NCBI GenBank assembly: GCA_030324005.1
Contig: JARDVH010000132.1
Span: forward strand, 78,977,973 to 79,041,972
Direction: 5' to 3'
Origin: Negaprion brevirostris
Taxonomy: Eukaryota
DNA: 64,000 nucleotides
The notes below the pieces were generated by a model that did no database searches, had not been told where the DNA came from, and saw only the letters and a list, made by a program, of their open reading frames with translations. Shown in pieces: positions 53,035 through 64,000 of the stretch. The position numbers and the translations under genes are program-made. Numbering within the stretch: position 1 is the first letter of the stretch; every line of letters starts with the position of its first letter.

Positions 53035-54545
53035 ACCCATCACACACAATCCCTGTGTGGTATCAGTGTCAACCTATGCCAGTTCATGCCCAGTAGAAGC
53101 TAGTGTTGTAGCTCTACTGGAACAGATTGGCTGGGGGCATGGCATGTTCTGGAACACAAATCTTCAGCATTATTGCCAGAATACTGTCAAGGCCCATGAC
53201 CTTTGCAATTTCTAGTGCCTTCAGCTGTTTTTTAATGTAACATTGAGTGCATCAAATTGAGTGAAGATTGGAATTTGCTGGAAACCATTGGGGGGTCTGA
53301 GATGCGCCATCTATTTGGCCCTTCTGGCTAAAGATTATTGCGAATGCTTCAGCCATATCTTTTACACTAATGTGCTGAGCTTCTCCGTCATTGAGGATGG
53401 GGATATTTGGGAATATTTGTGGAGGCTCCTCCTCCAGTGAGTAGTTTTATTGTCTACCACCATCCACAGCTGGAAGTGGCAAGACTGCAGAGTTTAGATC
53501 TAATCTATAAATTGTGGAATTGCTTAGCTCTTCTTATCACTCACTGTTTATGCTCATTGACATGCAAGTAATCCTGTTTTATAACTTCATCAGGCTGACA
53601 CCTTATTTTAAGGTGTGACTAGTGCTGCTCCTGGCATGCCGTCCTGTATTCTTCATTGTATCTGAGTTGGTTCCCTGGCTTGGTGATAATAGTAGAATGT
53701 GTATATGCTGGGCCATGAGGTTACAAGTTGTGGCCAAGTATAATGCTGTTGGTGTTGATGGCCTCAGCACCTCATGGATGCCCAGCCTTGAGTTGCTATA
53801 TCTGTTTGAAATCTATCCTATTTAGCATAGTGGTAGTGTGTCACATCACAATGGAGGTTATCCTCAATGTGAACATGGGGCTTAGTCTTCCAAAGGACTG
53901 TGCAGTGGTCATTCCTACCAATACTGTAAAATACAGATGCATCTGTGGCAGGCAGGTTGGTGAGGATAAGGTTAAGCATGTTTTTTCCTCTTGTTAGTTC
54001 CCACACTGCCTGCCACAGGTTCAGTCTAGCAGCTATGTCTTTTAGGACTTGGCCAGTTCATCTATGATGTTACTGAACCACCCTAGGTGGGAAAATTAAG
54101 TGTCCACTAACAAGAGTACATTTTGTGCCTTTGTGCAAAAATGATGTTCCACGAGAAGAAGTAACAGCTGAAGGAGTGGCTGGTGCATGGTAATTAGCAG
54201 GGGGTTTCCTAGCTCACATTTAACCAAGTGCCATGAAACTTCATGGAGTCCAGAGATAAAGTTGACGATTCCCAGGGCAACTCCATCCAGACTGTATACC
54301 GGTGTGTTGCCACCTTCACTGGATCTGTCTTGCCTGTGGAACAGGACATACCCAGAATATGGTGGTGGTGTCTAGGACATTATCTGTAAGGTATGATTCC
54401 ATGAGTATGACTATGTTAGGCTGTTGCTTGACTACCCTGTGAGACAGTTCTCTTAATCTTGGCACAAGGCCCCAGGTGTTAGTGAGGAGGACTTTGCATG
54501 GCTGTCAGGGCTAGGATTGCCACTCTCATTTCCAGGGCCTGGGTG
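53035..54545 (-). mobile_element. Degenerate LINE (CR1/L2 group), AP-endonuclease region
   Basis: TRGKNMLNLILTN...SIGRNDH resembles the APE C-terminal TR...LDL..TN / SDH motifs. Confidence 0.75.
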
Positions 54546-55363
54546 GTCATTCTGTTTTATTCCTTTTTATATAACTGAATGCCTTGCTAGGCTGTTTCAG
54601 GGAACATTTAAGAGTCAGCAACATTGCTGTAAATCTGGAATCAAACATGGGGAAGGATGGCAGATTTTGTTCTCTAAAGCACATTATAGCCCAATGGAGC
54701 CATTCTGCAAACATGTTTGCAAAGGAGTGAGGTTCCTATCTAACACTCAAAACTCAGATTCTGATCATGCTTGGTGACAACCTTACCAGGGACACGCAGA
54801 ATTCAGGGTCAGCAGAGGTCCTTCTCTGACTTTGGTGTCAGTTTTTGAGTTGAGTTGCATTTCCTGAAAAAATGAAATTCATGAACTGAATATGATTTTC
54901 TAAAAGCTTAACATAATTTTCCCACCAGTAGCTTGCATCACCAAAGTTTCCTATGGACACAGTTTTGTTTGCAAAACAAAGGAATGCCTTAAGCCACAGG
55001 AATTGAGAAATTTTAGTAAAAAATTGAGTACTTCTTGAACTGTATTAATTTGTATTAGCCAATAACTTTTGAATGTAGGTGTGTAGACTATTAAAGCAAA
55101 TAGTCGAAGAAGAGTCGTCTGAACTGATAATTCTGCAAAAGTTTGTTTGAAGTTAGAGTAAATCTGCAGACTGTTTGCTTTAAAAATCTAATGTATTCTA
55201 ATTTGAAATTTCATATACATTAACTATTATATTGAATGTTGAATTTTTTGAGCATTTCTTTAATTACAATAATGTACAATGTATAGCCTCACATTATAGT
55301 GAATTTTTAAATATGAAAGACATATAATATTTTTAGACTATTATTTTTATAATTATTTTGCAG

Positions 55364-55530
55364 AATACAATTCTATCCACAATACCCTTGCAATGTTTCT
55401 TGTCTTCTCTGCTGGTACGGTTATTACTGGATTAATCGTTGTGATGGTCATCAGGCAAATAATGATGCACTGGAATTCAAATGAACCAAGTCATCCTGGA
55501 AGCAATTGCAAAATATCTCCTCCACAAAAG
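55364..55530 (+). CDS. ITGB8: ITGB8 TM and proximal cytoplasmic exon: (E)YNSIHNTLAMFLVFSAGTVITGLIVVMVIRQIMMHWNSN...PPQK
   Basis: ttttgcag acceptor, gtagaa donor, 167 nt, phase 1/0. Hydrophobic helix followed by beta8-specific IRQ...WNSN. Confidence 0.94.
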
Positions 55531-55663
55531 GTAGAACTAATAGGTTATAGATTTACAAGTGACCAGAAAGTTTAAGAATGTTTAGGTTATTTATGGTAAT
55601 TCATCATGAGGGAAGTATATTGGGAAAAACTACTGAAGGTACAAATTTCTTTTCTTTTTCAAG

Positions 55664-55780
55664 GGAAAAACATCCTTACCTATAGTTAGTTCAAAAACTA
55701 TAGCACACAGGCGTGACAAACCGGAGGAGCATCATGTGTACATCAACAAAATGCAAGTAATTCAGAAGCTTGACTTGTAA
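55664..55780 (+). CDS. ITGB8: ITGB8 last coding exon: GKTSLPIVSSKTIAHRRDKPEEHHVYINKMQVIQKLDL*
   Basis: Pyrimidine tract plus aag acceptor after a 133-nt intron. RRDKPEE matches human RREKPEE. TAA at 55778-55780. Confidence 0.93.
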   Translation, partial: GKTSLPIVSSKTIAHRRDKPEEHHVYINKMQVIQKLDL

Positions 55781-55995
55781 CAGAACCATTACAAAAAATA
55801 TTACAGGATCCCAAGCTTCTTAATGGGCTCCAGATCAAATGACCAGCTCACAGAATAGACGTGGATGAGGGAGGCATGTTCAATCCATCCAACCTCACCC
55901 ATTCAGAAAAGCCAACAGTGCTCACATTTCCCAATTGTTTCTTAAATGGTTTGAAATTTGTTATCTCCATTTTTTCACCAGGAAGACTATCCCAT

Positions 55996-56113
55996 GAGGG
56001 TGAAATTGGCCTTAAGTGGTAGCACAATGCAGGTAGCAGAATTGGAAAAGAAAATCAGGCTGCCACTTCACAACTCTGTTTTATGTTGCTTCTTGAAGGC
56101 CTATTTCACCCCC
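55996..56113. repeat. Short inverted-repeat element in the 3'UTR
   Basis: gggtgaaattggcctt / aaggcctatttcaccc termini. Confidence 0.6.
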
Positions 56114-57754
56114 GTTTGGTGACTACTTTACATGAAGTAGACTTTGGGACATCAGCCTTAAGTTAGTCTTTCACTATTTTAAGCTTGGATTCATTGTCCT
56201 ATTGTCATCACTTAACTGCAAGTAATATTTTTCATTTACCCTTTCTATGCCATTTCTTATTATGCAAATCTATGAGGCCTTGCTTCAATCACCTCCAAGG
56301 CTGAAGAACTCCACTTCCTCCGGTGTCTCTGCACAATTCAGTGACACCAAGTATATTCTTAAGAAAGCCATTTCCACAATGAAGCCTGTTTCCTTTTCTG
56401 TTTCCCAATTGATGGCATTTCCTTAAACCCAAAAAGCTTGTGAAAAATGTTATCTGACAGGCAGCTAAATACAAGGTTTAACATTTTGCTGCAACTTAAG
56501 AGCTGCAGTAAGAAAGTCATAAAGATCTAACGTAGTGTGACGAGCATTGATACTGTTTTGTTATGGTAATGATGGTTTAAAAACATTTCTGGTTCCGACT
56601 AATTGAAATTCAATGCGAGTTAAATCTAAGTAACTTCAGAAATAATGACCTCTGTAGAGCTATCCTCTAATTCTATGAATGTTTAGTTTTATAACAATGT
56701 TTTACAACAAAAAGTTTTATTTGTTACATGCTGAACTTATGTGAATCACCAGTCTTGGAACTGAAGAGATAGATGTGAGATAGACCAGCAGTAAGTGACT
56801 CGCTGTGCAATAACACGTGTAAACAAACCACTGGAAATAATTGCAGTATTGTTATGATTTGAGTTATCACTACGGGGGAATTAAGTTTAACAGATTACAA
56901 AATCATTAGCAAACTGCATAGGTACTAAAATCTGTGAAACTATTTTTTTCCAAGAAAGAAAATACTGTGATAGTCCAAAGACTGCTTAAACTCTTTCTTC
57001 CCTATTTACCAAAGTTATTTTGAATAAATGCCTGGCCGGTAAGATCGGTATTTACATTTTGGTTCCTATTTTAATGATTATTTATTTTGAAGTTGATTTA
57101 AAAATAAACTAATAAATAGAATTCAATCTGAAACACCAGTGATTAAACCATTCGGGGGGTGAACTTCCACTCAGTTTCCTGCTTGTCAGGTGTAACTTTG
57201 CACAAACAACTGCCTAAATCGCCCAAACAATGGTGTAGATGCTGTTTCTCTCAGATTTCCTTGGCTCTTCCACCAAAGTTACAGCAAACAATTGGAAAAC
57301 CTCCCTGGAGATTCACCATGAGTTTTTAAATGTGGATCAGAATTTTTGACAGGATCAGAGTCCGGATCTGGCGCGCAGTTTGGTACTGCTGACCTATCTA
57401 CTAGTGCTTTGCCGTAGTTTCAGCACCAAGACATTTTGAATGAGAGCAAATCGAGGACGGATCAGCCAACAGCCAAAAAGCTAATTAAGGTCACTTATTG
57501 TAAATTGTGGAGCCTATTAAGGCCATGTCCTTGTGAAATTGGAATTTCCAGTCGGCAGTATGGCCAGTCCATATAGATTTGGACCAGTTCCAGGCCAACA
57601 TGGAGGGGTCAAGTGAAGAACCTCATCCATCCTCCAATGACCACTGAGATGCTGGAGCCCATTGCCTGGTCTTTAATTGGCTGATGCCAATTGAAGATTG
57701 CAGTTGGTATCTAGGTTTGTCCTAAAAATATATATTGCTGTTCCTTCACTTCCA

Positions 57755-58095
57755 AAGGGTGGAAATCCTGGAACTTTCTCCTTATCAGCACTCTGTGTGT
57801 ACTCATATCACATGGATTTCAGCAGTTCAAGAAGGTGACACACTGCCACCTTCTCAGGTGATTAGGGATGGGTAGTAAATGCTGGCCTTGATGTGATGCC
57901 CATATCACTTGAACTAAAAATCTTCAAAAATTCTCTCTGTCCATCTGTTTGTTAAACAATAGGATAGACTTTAACTTTCAGTAAAGTCAAAATCAAGAAG
58001 GCAGCTCACTGCCACCTTCTCAAGGACAACTAGAGCTGGGCAATAACTATTGGCCAACCAGCAACACCCATGTCCCACGAATGAAGAAAAAAAAT
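57755..58095 (+). mobile_element. Two tandem LINE 3' ends sharing the SINE family B tail
   Basis: tcaagaagg...cactgccaccttctca.g...tagggatggg...aaatgctggcc appears twice (to approx. 57915 and 57993-58095). Confidence 0.65.
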
Positions 58096-61000
58096 AGTGG
58101 CAGAAAACAATTGGTAATGAATTAACTGCTCTTTCTGCACTTCATCCAATTTCCTTTCTTGTTTTACTCGAAAAGAACGCTCAGATACCATTTCGAGTGA
58201 ATAAAATCTTTAGAAACTTTCATCTCCCACCATAGAAATATGCCAGATGAGTTTTGAGCCTTATGATACATTAATTAAATAGCATATAGAAACTCCCATT
58301 GTCATGATTTACCTTCCCTTGTGTGCAAGAATATAAATGTTCACGTTTGTCGGTGTAGTTTTCCTTTCCTGTAAAACTGAGAATAATTTTATGATGCATT
58401 GACGGCAGTCTAGCAATAAAATAAGTATGAAACTAACTTCAACTACATAGCTTATCATAAATGAGAGCTCTATCAAGACAGGGGAATCTTCTTTGTGAGA
58501 AGTTTCAAAGAATCACTTGATCAAGTATGTTCATTGTTATGTGGAAAGGTTCCCCCCACTCAGCAGATTGTTCCAGTTACTGTTCATTTCCAGCATTATT
58601 GAACTTGCCGTGATGCATTACTTCCATTTCATAGATTTGTACATACAAACATAGTAATTATGGTCATGCAAATGAACATTTAACCCTCAAATTATTCTCC
58701 TCCAAGAGCCATTTTAGCCCAGGTAGTTGCCTACTTAAAATATTCAAGGCATTACTTGAATTGAAATGATGTTCAGCGGAATGTCAGTTGATGCATTGCG
58801 TGTTTGTTCACTAATACTGCGAAGAGTTGTTTCTGGGTGTATGTCCTCATATATGTAGTATTTTCTTGCAATTAGCTAGGAGAGATACAGGCTGGAATTT
58901 TCTTGTTCCATCCATCATGGGAATTAGAGCAGGCAAGGAGCGGACTGTGGAAAGGTCCATTGATCTCAGGCAGGATTTTATGGTTTCAGGAGGACGAGCG
59001 AGGATGTAAAATCCCACCCATAGTTTGCTTTTGTAAAGTAGTGCCCCTTGAAAGTGTTTATTCAAGTGACATTGCAATCATTTTTAACATGAATACTCAA
59101 TCGGCAACAAAAATTGGAAAATATTAGAATCATCAAAGTTATGTTCTTGTATCTCTTCAGTTTGCAAGATGTCATATTAAGACTGTTTTCTCCCCAGAGA
59201 AACAAAATCTCAATTTGTTTCCTATCTGTATCATTATTTTTCATATTTCTAAAAAGTGCATTGATACTACTGATGTAACTGTGTAAGGTACAAATGTAAG
59301 GTAAATGAAGCATATCTAGTATGGTTGTTGAGAATAATTGTAGGTAAATCTTGTTTTGCAATAATATTTAATGTTCGGTTAATGACAATTCCCCTATTAT
59401 GAATTTTTTGGTTAACACTGTGCACTTTAGAAAGCAATATAATTAGCAATTGATGATTTAACTGGTACAATTTCGTACATTAATTATACAAATAGGCAAA
59501 TTGTTGTCAGTCCCCTTTCTAAGACTCTAAACTTGCACTAACAATTAATAAAGTTTTGATATTTATTATGAATTCTGACTTTAGTAGGATAAATCATTTA
59601 ATAAATCATCTTTATTCATTCTGTTAATTTATTTTGGGTTATTTGTATCAGAGACTATTTTTCTTGGTTTTCTGATGGTCCCTGTATAAAGCTATATGTT
59701 GCTACTGTTTAATAAAACCATGTTAATAATTAATATTTCTTAAGATGTTGTTTAAGCAAACTCTTATCAAATGGCTTATTCTTTAAGTTTGACATATTGA
59801 GGATATATTTATCTTTTTGTAATTGCTGCTAATTAATCATTACATGCAGTTAACCTGAGAAATGCTGTAAACAGACTGTTAATCTGTTTGCTGTAATACT
59901 TTGCACATGCAGAATAGATGAATGTTAATCTCTTAACAAGGGCTCATGTTAACAACAGAAAAACATGCTAAAATAATTTAAGCATATGTAAAAACAATTG
60001 TCTTAAATTAATTGTTGGTAAAAGAAAACAGGTGATGCAGCCCAATTTCAGTGCCAGAGTGCCAAAGTAAAATTCCTTTCCACCTTCTTTAACTAATTTT
60101 CCAGAACTTTTGATATTGACACTACACCAGTTGAATCTCAGATATGGAAGCTGGAATGCTTCAGTTTGCACTGTAAGCCTGAGAAGGAGACACCCCCACC
60201 TCCAGGCCTCTTTTGCCACTTCTTAAATAAGAAGGTAGCAGGATGAAACCCTTAATTGGAGTTTAATTGCCCAGTTTAAGGCCTCAATTGGGCCGCAGGT
60301 GGATGGCCTGCCCAAAGCCTCCCATACAGCCTATAAAGTTGTGGTGGAAGCCCAAAGACATGGCAACTAAATTTATTGTCCACCAACCTGTTGCCCTGCC
60401 CACAGGCTGCCTGCTAAATTGAGCCCATGTACATGTTAGATACCAGGGCTGGGAAATTAGAATCCTAAAGCATTTATTAAATATTACTGAATTGTACTAA
60501 ATTGGGCTGTCCTTACAATTTGTTGACTTTGAATAAACCAATTTGATTGCTTAAACAATGTAACTAGCACTGAATGTGTACATTTTTGTAGCACTGTTGT
60601 TTTATATCATTTGAGTAGCATTGTTACAACATGTCACAGTATGACAGTTGTAAATATTTTTAGAAAAATAAAAAAAAAGTTGTTTGTGTGAATTAGTTTT
60701 TCTTTCCAAGTGTGACCTTGTAAGTATTCTTGCCAAAATTATGGATTGTGTAAACAAATGTAAAGTTTTTAAAAGGTTCTGTTGCATAAATTTTTAATTT
60801 ATACATTGCTCTCCCTATCTATTGAATTAGTAGCAATCAGGTAAGTGAGATTTGCCTAGCTCGCTCATGAGGAGAGCCACTTGAAGAGATATTAGACAAG
60901 ATGACCAAAAGTTTGGTCATGAAGCTTAAGTGTTGAGGAATGTCTTATTGGGCAACCTGTGGCACACATGCAGTCCATCAGGGTTCCATATGTGGCCCAC

Positions 61001-61404
61001 AAGACATTTTTTTGAGCACTGTGCATGGACGGAGTCCCCAGACTCTTCTGCTTTCCATCTGCATAGTTTTTTTCCTACTTGAATGATATGCATGTGAAGT
61101 GAGGTGTAATCTGATTTTGCACACTGACCTAGAACCTTGTGCTCTCTCTGCATACAATCAAAGCTCTCTTAGTTCATTTGGCATGCCCTGAAAATTCTAG
61201 ATACACAAACGCAGTTAACGGAATTATCCTATCCTGGGACACTGTCTTGGTTATGACACCAGTATTCATGGGAGCTTGTGGTTTTTGTTACTCTTGTTCT
61301 TTAAGTAAGGTAAGAGTAAGTATTTTGTTTTTACCTTTTGAATTTGATAACAAATTTGATGGGTTAATCATATAGAAAATGATTAAGCATATTCGGTGTG
61401 TATT

Positions 61405-62235
61405 CATAGAATTCGGAATAGCTATGCCACAGAAGGAGACCATTTGGCCCATTGTGTTGCACCAGCTCTCCAAATGAACACCATGACTTATTGCCATTCC
61501 CTTTTCCCCGTAACATGCGCATTTTCTATTTAAGTAATCATCTAATGCCTTCTTAAATACCTCAATTGAAATTGCTTCCACTATGCTACCAGATAGCAAG
61601 TGTTTGGGTCTGGAATGCACTATGTGAAAAGGTTTTTTTGACATATCATATTTGCTTCTTTTGCAAAGCAATAAGATAGTGGTATTATCACTGGACTAAT
61701 AATCCAGAGACCCAAGGTAATGCTCTGGGGACCCAAATTCAAATCCCACCACAACAGATGGTAAAATTTGAATTCAATAAAAATCTGGAATTAAAAATTT
61801 AATGGTGACCATGAAACTGTTGTCATTTGTCGTTTAAAAAGAAAACATCCAGAAGGAAATCTGCCTTCCTTACCTGGTCTGGCCTATATGTTGTTCAGAT
61901 CCACAACATTGTGGTTGATACCCAAATGCCTTAAATGCCCTCTGAAATGGAGGCAAATTAAGGTTGGAAAATAAATGTGGGCCCAACCAGTGATGCCCAC
62001 ATCCTGTAAAATTTAAAACAAAATCAATTTAAATCTGCGTCCTCATTCTTTATCCTTTTAGGAGTGGGAATAATTTCTCCCTGTCTACCCTGCCCAGCCC
62101 CCTCAGGATTTTGAACCTCTCTAATAAATCTCCTCTTAGCCATCTTCTCTCCAAGGAGAACAGTCCCAACCTCTCCAATCTATTTTCATCACTGAAGTTT
62201 ATCATTCCTGAAACCGTTCTTGTAATCCTCTTCTG
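61405..62235 (-). mobile_element. CR1 3' fragment interrupted by a + strand SINE family B copy (approx. 61667-62020)
   Basis: VEAISIEVFKKALDDYL peptide on the minus strand; the SINE lies between two CR1 pieces. Confidence 0.75.
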
Positions 62236-64000
62236 TGTTAAACATAATCAATCTTATTCATGGGGTCATGTTAGTGCACATGCCCAATTTCAACACTGTG
62301 GCCCACTGAGAAGAAGGGCCACTTATGTAGACCACTCACTAGCCTGGATTGCTTATTTTGATCTTAGAGGAAAGTGAGGTGAAGAGATATAGGCAGGGAA
62401 TTCCACTGCTTGGGCCAAGACAACTGAAAGACCTTATAGCTGGGCTACCAATGTAATTCTCAATTTTATCTTAAGTTAAAAGAAATACTTTATAACTTGT
62501 AAAGTCTAATGTTTGTTACAATGTGAAAACTAATATTATGCTGTAGGATGATGTCACCAAGGTGTAGTTGTATAAAGATGAGAAATATGAAAGAACCAAG
62601 TATAGATACCTGTGGGTACCTCTTGGGTAATGGTGTGGAGCATGAAGAGAAGCCATGGCAAGTGATTCTGTGTCTACGATTAAATGGGTAAGAATGGAAC
62701 CACATGAGAGCAGTATTACCCAGCTGGACAGCAGTGGAGAGATGTGGAAGAGGATGCTGTGGTCAACCCTGTCAAAGCTGAAAAGCGTGAGGAGAAAAGT
62801 TTACCTTTGTCGCAATCACATACGATCCAATTTGTGACTTCAGTAAGAGCCATTAGCAGTACTGTGTAGGGCAGAAACCAGATTGGAGGGTTTCAAGCTT
62901 GGAAGAGATGGAAATCGATTTGCAAGACAACAGGTTCAAGGACTTTGGAATGGAAAGCGAGGTTGGAGATGGGATGGAAATTTATAAAGATGTTGGGGTT
63001 GGTAGTTGTTTTTAAAGGAGAGGGGTGACCACAGAAGATTAAATGGAGAGGCGGAGCCATTAAAAATATTGGCTAACGGAGGAGCTGTGGTGTAATTCGT
63101 TAATTAGGGGTTTAATGAAAATAAGATCAAGAGAACAGAAGGTATGTTTCATGGAGAAGATGAGTTCAGAAGGATATGAGAGAAATTAATATTCAGCTGC
63201 AAATAAAGTCATTATTAAAATAAATACTTTAAAATTGTGTAATGATCCAAAAATCCTGCCCCCATTTCCAGAAGACCCCTTTCTCACCAGGAAGGTCAAG
63301 GAAATGAAGTGCAAAACACGCAGGTATGTACTAAAAATGGGCTGACCCATTTAAACTTGGTGCACAGGACAAGCAGATTTGATTGTTCACTCCAGGAACA
63401 GCCTCAACCTGCAGTGTGTTACAGTGGAAATGTAAATGTTTATAAAGGACAGACAAGATATACAGAACTGTCAAGTTATTTAAATATCCTGCCCTTTACA
63501 TTTTGAAAACAAACTGCTGATGTTTGTGAGAGTGAAGAAGGGTTTGTTCTTGCAGTTTCAATGAATGCTTGTTTACATAACCCTCAGTGTTATCATTATA
63601 ACATTTATTACTTTTCCACAAGCTGTCATGTTGTAATATTAGTTTGGGTGCTAGCGATGCTGAAAGTTCACCGTTTAATTCATAGCTCCAACAGATTGTT
63701 GAAGGATTAACGGTCTTTGTGGGGTTATGAATACAAATGCTTATTTTTTGAGGGATTAGGACTTGAGTGCCTTTTAAATACATTGAATGGGTTTTAATAA
63801 AGTGTTTTTCTATACAGTGATGTCTGTAATAGATAGCTGGAACTTCAGTTTATTTCGGCTCAGGATGGCACCTAAGATCTGCACATGGTGGATACTATGT
63901 GAGTTGGCATGGAGGGTGTAGAAGTGCAAAGGATAGTTGGTAAATAGTCATGAGTTGGCACCTAAGGACTGTGGGGATAGATGTGTGGTCATGAAGTTGC

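Larger units (their letters stand above)
11850..55780 (+). other. ITGB8: Integrin beta-8 gene, 3' part (9 coding exons; upstream exons lie outside the window)
   Basis: Exons of 96+90+135+409+223+98+120+167+117 = 1455 nt join in frame via GT-AG sites. The translation matches beta8-diagnostic motifs (VIFAVQG..WY, DLLPL.PG, FSCPYH.G.LCAG, IRQ...WNSN, RRDKPEE) and has no NPxY motif. Confidence 0.96.
55781..60800 (+). promoter_or_regulatory. Putative long ITGB8 3'UTR with several candidate poly(A) signals
   Basis: AATAAA at 57023, 57103, 57111 and further downstream. AU-rich, repeat-poor 59100-60800 with miRNA 8-mers and a Pumilio motif. True end unknown. Confidence 0.45.

Noticed and set aside
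1-64000. CRISPR array, operon or other prokaryotic system
   Set aside because: No regularly spaced repeats or dense ORFs. The sequence is a eukaryotic intron-rich locus.

Overview
Vertebrate genomic DNA from an elasmobranch (shark-type SINE, CR1 and Penelope repeats; draft assembly with many N gaps). The only host gene I can support is the 3' part of integrin beta-8 (ITGB8) on the + strand. Nine coding exons (11850-55780) have GT-AG junctions and splice in frame into 484 aa plus a stop. They cover the end of the betaI domain, hybrid, I-EGF1-4, beta-tail, TM and a beta8-type cytoplasmic tail with no NPxY motif. The most notable observation is that this beta8 looks less reduced than mammalian beta8. 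It carries an extra 120-nt phase-1/1 exon (52412-52531) encoding the second half of the beta-tail domain, and it keeps the canonical I-EGF1 cysteine spacing. The membrane-proximal Cys appears replaced by Tyr. Introns are filled with nested SINEs, LINE fragments, hairpin MITE-like repeats, a hAT end, and palindromic Penelope-derived elements with minimal hammerhead-ribozyme cores. Comparisons to human and other integrins are from memory, and repeat boundaries are approximate. No prokaryote-type system (CRISPR, operon) is present.
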